Assembly: GCA_964559045.1 (NCBI GenBank)
Contig: CAZLFW010000013.1
Location: forward strand, 1-16,591
DNA: 16,591 bases
Direction: 5' to 3'
Source of the DNA: an uncultured bacterium
GTDB taxonomy: Bacteria; DYJV01
Below are positions 1-7,392 of the stretch, one piece after another. Each line of letters opens with the position of its first letter. The first letter of the stretch is position 1. The position numbers and the translations under genes are program-made. Under the pieces are notes generated by a model that worked only from the letters and a program-made list of their open reading frames with translations, searched no databases and had not been told where the DNA came from.

Positions 1-127
1 AAAGAAAGTAAAATTGACCGGTTGTGATTAAATTATGCAATATCTTTGTTTTATCAACATAAATATAATCTTCTTTGATTAAATTTTCAAATGATGATTG
101 GCCAATTGGAAGTTTTTTTAGTTTCAT
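1..127 (-). CDS. Predicted AAA-ATPase (PF09820/DUF1703-like), N-terminal 42 codons only; gene continues beyond window start
   Basis: Minus-strand translation from the ATG (complement of 125-127) gives MKLKKLPIGQSSFENLIKEDYIYVDKTKILHNLITTGQFYFL. This matches the characteristic N-terminus of the 'AAA-ATPase-like' family (..LPIG.Q.F..L....YVDKT..I..L...G.YYFLSRPRRFGK..). It is absent from the ORF track because it runs off the window edge. Confidence 0.55.
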   Translation of the reverse strand, partial: MKLKKLPIGQSSFENLIKEDYIYVDKTKILHNLITTGQFYFL

Positions 128-186
128 ATTAATAATTTATCAGAAATTTCAGATAAATTCAAATATATTTTCTATTTAATTGCCAC

Positions 187-402
187 AAGACCTTTGCACA
201 GTAAAAAATGGTAAAAATTAATCCAATAGATAAGTAAATAAAAGTAACTATTTATAATGGATTCTTCCCCTTCGCACAGCTCAGGGTCAGAATGACTTTT
301 TGGAGTCATTCTGAAGGAGCGTAGCGACTGAAGAATCCATAAGCCATTAATATTAAATGAAAAATTTACCATATTAATAGAAATACCGTGCAAAGCTCTT
401 AA
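187..402. repeat. Imperfect palindromic, MITE-like repetitive element, copy A (~215 bp)
   Basis: Terminal inverted repeats: AAGACCTTTGCACAGTA at 187-203 and TACCGTGCAAAGCTCTT at 386-402. Sub-terminal inverted repeats: TTATAATGGATTCTTC and GAAGAATCCATAAG. Central perfect hairpin: TCAGAATGACT-ttttgg-AGTCATTCTGA at ~287-314. A second copy sits at the other window end (16488-16591). The RC of 299-362 matches that copy over ~62 nt with ~4 mismatches. Confidence 0.7.
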
Positions 403-413
403 ATAATTCTATT

Positions 414-1430
414 TCACAATATCAGCATACTGTCTCCGTATGAGAAAAATCTGAAATTATTCTCTTTTGCTTTTTCATAGCAATTTAAAATATTTTCTCT
501 TCCGGCAAAGGCTGAAACAAGCATTAAAAGAGTTGATTTGGGTAAATGAAAGTTGGTTATAAGTTTATCAACAACATTAAATCTAAATCCGGGATAAATA
601 AAAATATCAGTTGAAAAATTACCTGATTTAATTGTTTTAAATCTTTGAAAATTGTCTTCAAGAGCCCTTACAGATGTTGTGCCCACTGCAACGATTTTTT
701 TCCCTTCAGCTATAGCCTTATTTATTTTTTGTGCTGATTGCGGAGGAATCTCATAAGTTTCACAGTGCATCTTATGTTCTTTGATATTTTCCTTTCTTAT
801 GGGAGCAAAAGTGCCTATACCTACGTATAATGTGATTTCCACTATTTCAATGCCCTTGTTTCTCAGCTTGGACAATATTTCATTTGTAAAATGCAAGCCT
901 GCAGTAGGTGCTGCCACAGCGCCTCTTTTCATGCTGCTTGAATAAACGGTTTGATATCTCTCTCTGTCAATATCTGTATCAGCTCTTTTCAAATACGGGG
1001 GCAAAGGCATGTGAGAGTCTGTATTTTCTTCAAGAAAATCAAATGTTACTTCAGTATTGAACTCCACGTGATTATCTTTGTATACTTTGCATTTGAAATT
1101 GTTAAAAAATATTTCATCACCTGTTTTCAAAGGTTTTGAAGATTTGTAAATTGCTTCCCATTTAAAATTATCTTTGTTTTTAAGAAGTAAAACCTCAACT
1201 TTCCCTCCTGTTGCCTTTTTGCCTAAAAGCCTTGCGGGAATAACCTTAACATTGTTTATAACAAGGATATTCTTTGAATCAATATATTTTACAATGTTTT
1301 TAAACAGTGTAAATTCAATATTGTTTGTTTTTCTGTTAAAAACGAGAAGCTTTGACTCATCCCTTTTTTCAGATGGAAATTTGGCTATAAATTTTTCAGG
1401 AAGATGATAATCGAAAAGAGAAAGCTTCAT
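414..1430 (-). CDS. queA: S-adenosylmethionine:tRNA ribosyltransferase-isomerase (queuosine biosynthesis)
   Basis: 338 aa. The N-terminus MKLSLFDYHLPEKFIA matches the QueA signature (MKxSDFDYxLPEELIA). Internal motifs: TAGLHFT, VAVGTTSVRALE, and C-terminal FSYGDSMLI. Confidence 0.9.
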   Translation of the reverse strand: MKLSLFDYHLPEKFIAKFPSEKRDESKLLVFNRKTNNIEFTLFKNIVKYIDSKNILVINNVKVIPARLLGKKATGGKVEVLLLKNKDNFKWEAIYKSSKPLKTGDEIFFNNFKCKVYKDNHVEFNTEVTFDFLEENTDSHMPLPPYLKRADTDIDRERYQTVYSSSMKRGAVAAPTAGLHFTNEILSKLRNKGIEIVEITLYVGIGTFAPIRKENIKEHKMHCETYEIPPQSAQKINKAIAEGKKIVAVGTTSVRALEDNFQRFKTIKSGNFSTDIFIYPGFRFNVVDKLITNFHLPKSTLLMLVSAFAGRENILNCYEKAKENNFRFFSYGDSMLIL

Positions 1431-1612
1431 TATTTTGTGAAGTAGAGTAGGGCAAGTCCGGTTAAAATAAGAAAAAGTCCTATTTTTCTCAAAGATTCCG
1501 AGTTGGTTTCAGACATAATTTTCAAAATATTTTTCATTTTATCGGGAAAGGCAAAATATGGTAACCCTTCAATAATTAGCACCATTGCAATTACGGAGAA
1601 GAAGTATTTCAT
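1430..1612 (-). CDS. DUF2065 small membrane protein (YjeT-like), two predicted TM helices
   Basis: 60 aa with hydrophobic N- and C-terminal helices. It lies immediately downstream of, and overlapping, an SPFH/HflC-like gene, as E. coli yjeT follows hflC. It overlaps the queA start by 1 nt (TAATG). Confidence 0.6.
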   Translation of the reverse strand: MKYFFSVIAMVLIIEGLPYFAFPDKMKNILKIMSETNSESLRKIGLFLILTGLALLYFTK

Positions 1613-2517
1613 TTTTCAAACACGTTGTTAACCTTTTCCAATACCTGCTCCGGATTTTTAACTGTTTTTGACAATACTCTGATTGCTTCGAGCTTTGCTG
1701 CAAGCGCTCCTCCGGGTTTACTGAAAATATCAACTTCTTCAAGCATCCTTTTTTTGTCTTCTTCCCTTAAAAGTTTCATTGATTCTGTTTTAAGTTTGGT
1801 AATTGTGTTCTCAGTTTCGGCTTTTTTAAGAAGGTATTGTAACTCTTGCTCTTTAATTTTATTCTTAAAAGCTTCTTCTTTTAATTTCTTCTCAATTTCA
1901 GCCTGCATTTTTGCAAGCTCCTTTTCTTTTTCTTTTAAATTGTCATAAATATCTTTGAGATTTGAATCTGGTTTCAAAGAGGTAATGTCTATTTTGTCAA
2001 TGACAAGCCCGAAGTAGTCAAGCTCTTTGTTAACATTGTTTTTAACCGTTGAAATTAAACTGGGCTGAAAACCGTTTTTAAATATTTCATTGATTTTCAT
2101 TTTCAACAATGCAAGTTTAAAAGCACTGTTAAGGTAAAGTGTTACTATTTTGTTAACTTCGTTTTTATTAACTTTTCTGACAAAATCTCCTATTTTATCA
2201 TTTTTCACTTCATAAACAACGGAATAGTTAATTAACACTCCAGGAGGATAATTTTCCGATAATTTCAGGGTTTTGGAAAAAAGTTTAAATTTGTAAATTT
2301 TATTTACAAAAGGGTTGAATTCGGTAATAAAACAGTAATATTTCCCGGGAGTAAGGACTTTTCCTGTAAAGCCTCTGTCTTTGCCTATTGTTTTATACAG
2401 CAATCCCACTTCTCCCGGCTTCACTTCAGGAGAATAATAATATATGCCTGCAACTGTTCCGCCGGCAATTGCAAGCAGAAAAATAAAGAATATCAAATTT
2501 TTAAGAAACTTTTTCAT
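1609..2517 (-). CDS. SPFH/band-7 domain membrane protein (HflC/HflK-like prohibitin homologue) with C-terminal coiled coil
   Basis: 302 aa. It has an N-terminal TM anchor (LIFFIFLLAIAGGTVAGIYYY), then VKPGEVGLLY, which is typical of HflK/C entry into the SPFH domain. The C-terminal region is K/E-rich and heptad-like (KEKEKELAKMQAEIEKKLKEEAFKNKIKEQE). A YjeT-like partner follows. Confidence 0.7.
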   Translation of the reverse strand: MKKFLKNLIFFIFLLAIAGGTVAGIYYYSPEVKPGEVGLLYKTIGKDRGFTGKVLTPGKYYCFITEFNPFVNKIYKFKLFSKTLKLSENYPPGVLINYSVVYEVKNDKIGDFVRKVNKNEVNKIVTLYLNSAFKLALLKMKINEIFKNGFQPSLISTVKNNVNKELDYFGLVIDKIDITSLKPDSNLKDIYDNLKEKEKELAKMQAEIEKKLKEEAFKNKIKEQELQYLLKKAETENTITKLKTESMKLLREEDKKRMLEEVDIFSKPGGALAAKLEAIRVLSKTVKNPEQVLEKVNNVFEK

Positions 2518-2526
2518 TATAAATCC

Positions 2527-4584
2527 TTATAATAATATTTTTCTGCTGACTCTCATTTTTCCGTCTCTTTCAACGGATAAAATTTTTATTGTAATTTCAT
2601 CACCGAGATTTAAAACATCAGTTACTTGCTTTATTCGTCTGTTTTCAATTTCAGAAATATGCAGAAGAGCGGTTACTCCTGGGCGTAACTCCACAATTGC
2701 ACCAAAATCCAAAACTTTGATAACCTTTGCCTTGCAAATATCTCCAACTGCGAAATCTTTTGTAGCTGCTTCAATCATTTCTTTGGCTTTTTCAAGTGTA
2801 TCTGCATCAACTGCAAAAACTTTTACATTGCCATCCTGCTCAATGTCTATTTTGGCTCCTGTTTGATCAACTATGTTTTTTATGTATTTTCCCGAAGGTC
2901 CTATTAGGTCTCTTATTTTATCAGGATGAATTTTCACTGTAAATAACCTTGGAGCGTAAGGGGACAACTCTTCCCTGTGTGCACTAATTGTGTCGTTCAT
3001 TTTTTTCAAAATATGGAGTCTGCCTTCTTTTGCCTGTTGTAAGGCTTTTTCCATAATTTCAAAATTTATTTCTGAAATTTTAATATCCATCTGGATAGCT
3101 GTAATCCCTTTTTCAGTGCCTGCCACTTTAAAATCCATATCACCCAAATGGTCTTCATCTCCGAGAATATCGGAAAGCACTACAAATTTGTCATTTTCAG
3201 CTATAAGCCCCATGGCTATTCCCGCAACATGCGTTTTTACGGGAACACCTGCATCCATTAAGGATAACGAGCCTCCGCAGACAGTTGCCATTGATGAAGA
3301 ACCGTTGGATTCTAAAATTTCCGATACAATTCTAATGGTATAAGGAAATTCCTCTTCCGTGGGGATTATGGCGTTAAGTGCTCTTTCTGCAAGATATCCG
3401 TGCCCAATTTCTCTTCTTCCTGGTGCTCTTAAAAAACTTACTTCTCCAACGCTGAAAGGGGGAAAATTATAATGCAGCATAAATCTTTTGGAATCTTCTC
3501 CTGTTAAGGAATCAACTATCTGCTCATCAGAACCTGTGCCGAGAGTGGTTGTGACAAATGCCTGAGTCTCTCCTCTCGTAAAAAGTGCTGATCCGTGAAT
3601 TCTTTTAAAAATATTTATTTTGCACCAAATATCCCTTATTTCTTCGGGTGTTCTTCCGTCTATCCTTCTGTTTTCCTTTAAAATAAATTCCCTGATACGT
3701 TTATCAACTATTTCGTTGAAAACAGATGAAATATCCTCTTCGTAATTTTCTTGAATTTTATTTCTCAACTCTTTTAATGCTTTTTTTCTGTTGAGCTTTT
3801 CTTTGATAAAAATCGAATCGTCTATTTTCTGTAAATATTTTTCACGTATTTCATTAAAAATATCAACATTTTTTTGCGGCTCTATCACTTCTATTTTTTC
3901 AGTAGAAATTTGTGATATTATTTCATTTTGAAGGTTTATTATTTCTTCAATATTGCTCTGGGCAATTTTTAAAGCTTCTATTACCTGCGATTCGTCAGCT
4001 TCTTTTGCTTCCCCTTCAACCATTATTATTGCCGATGAAGTGCCTGCAATTAGAAGGTTTAAGGTGGTTTCCTCTTCTATTCCCGCTTTCGGATTTACAA
4101 TAAATTCGTTGTCCACAAGTGCAATTCTCACAGCACCTATAGGTCCGTCAAAGGGGATATTTGAAATGGAAAGTGCAAGTGACGCACCGTTCAGAGCAAG
4201 GGTATCAGCTCTGTTGTCCGGCTCCAAAGCAAGAACCGTTGCAATGATTTGTGTTTCGCTTTTAAATCCTTCGGGGAATCTCGGACGCAAAGCTCTGTCT
4301 ATTAATCGAGATGTTAATGTCTCGTAATCACTGGATTTACCTTCTCTTTTATAGAAACCTCCAGGTATTTTACCTGCTGCAAAAGCTTTTTCCACATAAT
4401 TAACCGTTAGCGGAAAAAAGTCGATGTCTTCCTTTGGCGAATCTTCGCAAACCGCAGTTACCAAAATAGCAGTATCTCCGCATTTGGCAACCACCGAGCC
4501 GTTTGCCTGTTTAGCCATTTCACCTGTTTCAAAAGAATACGATTTGCCTGAGATTTCTCTTGTAATTTCCAATTTATTCATCAT
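2527..4584 (-). CDS. pnp: Polynucleotide phosphorylase/polyadenylase (PNPase)
   Basis: 685 aa. N-terminus MMNKLEITREISGKSYSFETGEMAKQANGSVV. It has two RNase PH-like domains, then a C-terminal KH domain (IGPSGKYIKNI) and an S1 domain (GDICKAKVIKVLDFGAIVEL). It sits directly after rpsO, as in the canonical operon. Confidence 0.95.
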   Translation of the reverse strand: MMNKLEITREISGKSYSFETGEMAKQANGSVVAKCGDTAILVTAVCEDSPKEDIDFFPLTVNYVEKAFAAGKIPGGFYKREGKSSDYETLTSRLIDRALRPRFPEGFKSETQIIATVLALEPDNRADTLALNGASLALSISNIPFDGPIGAVRIALVDNEFIVNPKAGIEEETTLNLLIAGTSSAIIMVEGEAKEADESQVIEALKIAQSNIEEIINLQNEIISQISTEKIEVIEPQKNVDIFNEIREKYLQKIDDSIFIKEKLNRKKALKELRNKIQENYEEDISSVFNEIVDKRIREFILKENRRIDGRTPEEIRDIWCKINIFKRIHGSALFTRGETQAFVTTTLGTGSDEQIVDSLTGEDSKRFMLHYNFPPFSVGEVSFLRAPGRREIGHGYLAERALNAIIPTEEEFPYTIRIVSEILESNGSSSMATVCGGSLSLMDAGVPVKTHVAGIAMGLIAENDKFVVLSDILGDEDHLGDMDFKVAGTEKGITAIQMDIKISEINFEIMEKALQQAKEGRLHILKKMNDTISAHREELSPYAPRLFTVKIHPDKIRDLIGPSGKYIKNIVDQTGAKIDIEQDGNVKVFAVDADTLEKAKEMIEAATKDFAVGDICKAKVIKVLDFGAIVELRPGVTALLHISEIENRRIKQVTDVLNLGDEITIKILSVERDGKMRVSRKILL

Positions 4585-4590
4585 TTAACC

Positions 4591-4860
4591 TTACTTTCTC
4601 AAGTTGAGTTCTTGCAATATTTTTTTGTATCGTTCAACGTCTTTTCTTTTAAGATAGTCAAGAAGTCTTCTTCTTTTACCAACCAACATTAAGAGTCCTC
4701 TTCTCGAGTGATGATCTTTCTTGTGCTCTCTGAAATGCTCCGTAAGATTTTTGATTCTTTCCGTTAATATTGCAATTTGGACTTCGGGAGACCCTGTATC
4801 CTTTTCATGCAGTTTGAATTTCTCAATTAATTTTCTTTTTACTGACGGTTCAATTGACAC
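4591..4860 (-). CDS. rpsO: 30S ribosomal protein S15
   Basis: 89 aa. [74 protein letters not shown] is a hallmark S15 sequence. Confidence 0.95.
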   Translation of the reverse strand: MSIEPSVKRKLIEKFKLHEKDTGSPEVQIAILTERIKNLTEHFREHKKDHHSRRGLLMLVGKRRRLLDYLKRKDVERYKKILQELNLRK

Positions 4861-4911
4861 TTTAACCCTCCTAATTCAAAATTTATGTTCGCTGTTTAAC
4901 ATTATTTCTTT

Positions 4912-5805
4912 TTAATGTAAAGATTTTTTATACACAATCTTAGGCTTTACAACTTTTTTTTCATCTGAATACATCCCTACAACAATGCAAGATTTGCCCG
5001 TAACATAAAGATATTCGTTGTTAAGCAATTTGAAATTTTCAATAAGCGAGTCAACAGGTATTATATTTCCGTTTTCCAACAATGAAAAGTATTCTTCTTT
5101 AACATGCGCATTTTTTATTTTAAGGGCTTTTTCAAAAGGGATTATCTTTTCTCTTGATACATCGCTAATATTACATGCGTTTTCAAGAAAATATCCGTTA
5201 ACAGATGTTCGACAAAGTTCTTTCAAATATCCGTAAACTCCGAGCATCTCTCCAATATCGTTTGCAATGCTTCTAATGTATGTTCCTTTGGAGCATTTTA
5301 TGATAAATTTAATTTCAGGTAGCTTGATTTCCGTTATTTCAAATTTTTCTATAAATACCGCTCTTTCTGGAATTTCAACCTGTTTTCCCTCTCTTGCGTA
5401 TTTATAAAGAGGTTTTCCGTTTTTTTTCAAAGCGGAAAAAAGAGGGGGAGTTTGTTTAATTGTCCCTATGAAATTTTCTTTAATTTCAAGTATATTTTTT
5501 TCGGTTATATTTGAGAGTTTCACCGGGTCAGCTTTTGATACGGTTTTACCTGTAACGTCAAAGGTGTCTTTTTTTTCGCCGAGAACCATTTTTCCTGTAT
5601 ACTCTTTAGGATATGCAGATATTATATCCAAAAGCTTTGTGCCCTTATTAACACCTATTATTAACAAACCTGTTGCAAAAGGGTCAAGAGTTCCGCCATG
5701 TCCAGCCTTTTTTACACCGAGTTTTTTTTTTACGGTTTCACAAGCTTTGAATGATGTTATTCCCGAAGGTTTGTTAGTAAGAATAATTCCGTTATTATAA
5801 GCCAT
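4912..5805 (-). CDS. truB: tRNA pseudouridine(55) synthase
   Basis: 297 aa. N-terminal NGIILTNKPSGITSF...GHGGTLDPFATGLLIIG contains the TruB catalytic Asp motif (GTLDP). The C-terminal PUA-like region is present. Confidence 0.9.
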   Translation of the reverse strand: MAYNNGIILTNKPSGITSFKACETVKKKLGVKKAGHGGTLDPFATGLLIIGVNKGTKLLDIISAYPKEYTGKMVLGEKKDTFDVTGKTVSKADPVKLSNITEKNILEIKENFIGTIKQTPPLFSALKKNGKPLYKYAREGKQVEIPERAVFIEKFEITEIKLPEIKFIIKCSKGTYIRSIANDIGEMLGVYGYLKELCRTSVNGYFLENACNISDVSREKIIPFEKALKIKNAHVKEEYFSLLENGNIIPVDSLIENFKLLNNEYLYVTGKSCIVVGMYSDEKKVVKPKIVYKKSLH

Positions 5806-6751
5806 GTTTTTCTATTAATTCAGCAATTCTGCTTTTTACATTATCAAGAGGTTCTTTCAAAAAAGCGCCTGCTGCGTTTTTATGACCGCCTCCTCCTATT
5901 TCTTTTGCAAATTTTGCCACGTCAAGATTTCCTTTTGACCTGAAACTTATTTTGCATCCGTTTTCCTCTTCTCTGATAAATATTGAAAATTCAATTCCAG
6001 CTATGCTTCTTCCTATGTTAACCAAGCCGTCGGTATCTTCGGAATTTCCTTTGTATTTTTTTAATATTTGATAAGTTACCGTCATTGTGGCAACTTTTCC
6101 GTTTTTGCTTATATCAAGGGAGTTTAAGGCTTCTTTCATTATTAAAATTCTTTTTAACGGTCTGCTTTCATATACTTTTTCTGCAATTTCCCAACTGTTG
6201 ACACCAAATTCCAAAAGTTTGGAAGCTGTTTGAAAGGTATTCTCATTTGTATTTGAATACCTGAAAGAGCCGGTATCTGTTAAAATTGCGGTATATAGAC
6301 ATTCCGCAATGTTTTTGTTAATAGGAAATTTACCTTTCGTTAATATTTCGAAAATTATTTCACCTGTTGAACTTGAATTTGCTTTGACAAGATTAATATG
6401 TCCGAAATAAGTGTTGGTTTTGTGATGGTCAATATTAATAATGCATTCGGTTAAACCTTTTATTTTTTTGAAACGAGAGCTCCTGTTACTGTCTCCGCAA
6501 TCAACGAATATAACAATATCAAAAACCTCCGAATCCCCCAACTCCCTTGTGAATTTAACGTTGTTTTTCAGCAGAAATTCATATTCGGATGGAATTTTGC
6601 TGTCACAATATGAAACCACATACTTCCCCGATTCTGTTAAGGAAAGTGCAAGAGCAAAGTTTGCGCCCAAAGTATCTCCGTCGGGATTTTTATGGGAAAC
6701 TATTAAAATTTTTTCAGATGATTTGAGCTTTTCAATAATCAGATTAATCAT
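5795..6751 (-). CDS. nrnA: DHH/DHHA1 family phosphoesterase (NrnA-like nanoRNase/pAp phosphatase)
   Basis: 318 aa. DHH motifs VSHKNPDGDTLGA, FVDCGD and NIDHHKTN. DHHA1 motif GGGGHKNAAGA near the C-terminus. Confidence 0.8.
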   Translation of the reverse strand: MINLIIEKLKSSEKILIVSHKNPDGDTLGANFALALSLTESGKYVVSYCDSKIPSEYEFLLKNNVKFTRELGDSEVFDIVIFVDCGDSNRSSRFKKIKGLTECIINIDHHKTNTYFGHINLVKANSSSTGEIIFEILTKGKFPINKNIAECLYTAILTDTGSFRYSNTNENTFQTASKLLEFGVNSWEIAEKVYESRPLKRILIMKEALNSLDISKNGKVATMTVTYQILKKYKGNSEDTDGLVNIGRSIAGIEFSIFIREEENGCKISFRSKGNLDVAKFAKEIGGGGHKNAAGAFLKEPLDNVKSRIAELIEKHGL

Positions 6752-7082
6752 TTAACTGCCTTAAAATAGTTTCTATTTTATCTAAATTTTCAACTGAGTT
6801 ATCATAAACAAAGAAGAGGTTAGGCATTTTTTTCATGTAAAGCTTTTTGGAGAGAGTTCTTTTTATAAAGCCGGAGGCATTTATAAATCCTTCCACAATC
6901 TCATGATGGTCAAGCTCATTATCGGAACTAACAAAAACAGTTGCTTTTGACAAATCTTTGGACACCTTGACTTCGGTAACCCTTGAGCCTTGAACTCTCG
7001 GGTCTTTTAAACCGCCGAACAGTAACATGCAAGCTATTTCTTCCTTTATTAATGCGGCTATTCTGTCGCTTCTCTGAAACAT
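6744..7082 (-). CDS. rbfA: Ribosome-binding factor A
   Basis: 112 aa. MFQRSDRIAALIKEEIACML...VTEVKVSKDLSKATVFVS fits RbfA. Position is between infB and truB. Confidence 0.9.
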   Translation of the reverse strand: MFQRSDRIAALIKEEIACMLLFGGLKDPRVQGSRVTEVKVSKDLSKATVFVSSDNELDHHEIVEGFINASGFIKRTLSKKLYMKKMPNLFFVYDNSVENLDKIETILRQLND

Positions 7083-7095
7083 TTTAACCTTCTTT

Positions 7096-7383
7096 TCAAT
7101 ATTTCATTATTTCAAACTCTTGATCAAATAAAATTATGTCGAAATTGTCTTCAACAAAATCATATAACTTGTTAAAAATAGACATAATAACGTTTTTATC
7201 CGAAGAAACAATTGAAATTCCTATTACAGAGCTATTTTTCGAATTAAGATCTTCCACCTCGGCAACAGAAATTCTGAATTTATTGTTAAGTTTTCTCTTG
7301 ATACTGTTAACAACAGCTCTCTTCTCTTTTAACGATTTGGAATAAGGAATTTTAATATGTATTCTCCCTGCTCCGACAAACAT
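7096..7383 (-). CDS. DUF503 protein (YlxP-like)
   Basis: 95 aa. MFVGAGRIHIKIPYSKSLKEKRAVVNSIKRKL...ISVAEVED is the typical DUF503 pattern. It occupies the ylxP position between infB and rbfA, as in Firmicutes-type operons. Confidence 0.75.
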   Translation of the reverse strand: MFVGAGRIHIKIPYSKSLKEKRAVVNSIKRKLNNKFRISVAEVEDLNSKNSSVIGISIVSSDKNVIMSIFNKLYDFVEDNFDIILFDQEFEIMKY

Positions 7384-7392
7384 AATAAAAAT

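Noticed and set aside
172-393. 73-aa minus-strand ORF spanning the palindromic element
   Set aside because: It lies entirely within a long inverted repeat, has no SD, and its sequence is low-complexity. Palindromes generate spurious ORFs on both strands.
2444-4327. Plus-strand ORFs antisense to pnp (2444-2866, 2990-3343, 3912-4103, 3953-4327)
   Set aside because: They are antisense to a highly conserved CDS, have no start-context support, and have Ser/Ile/Pro-rich compositions typical of shadow ORFs.
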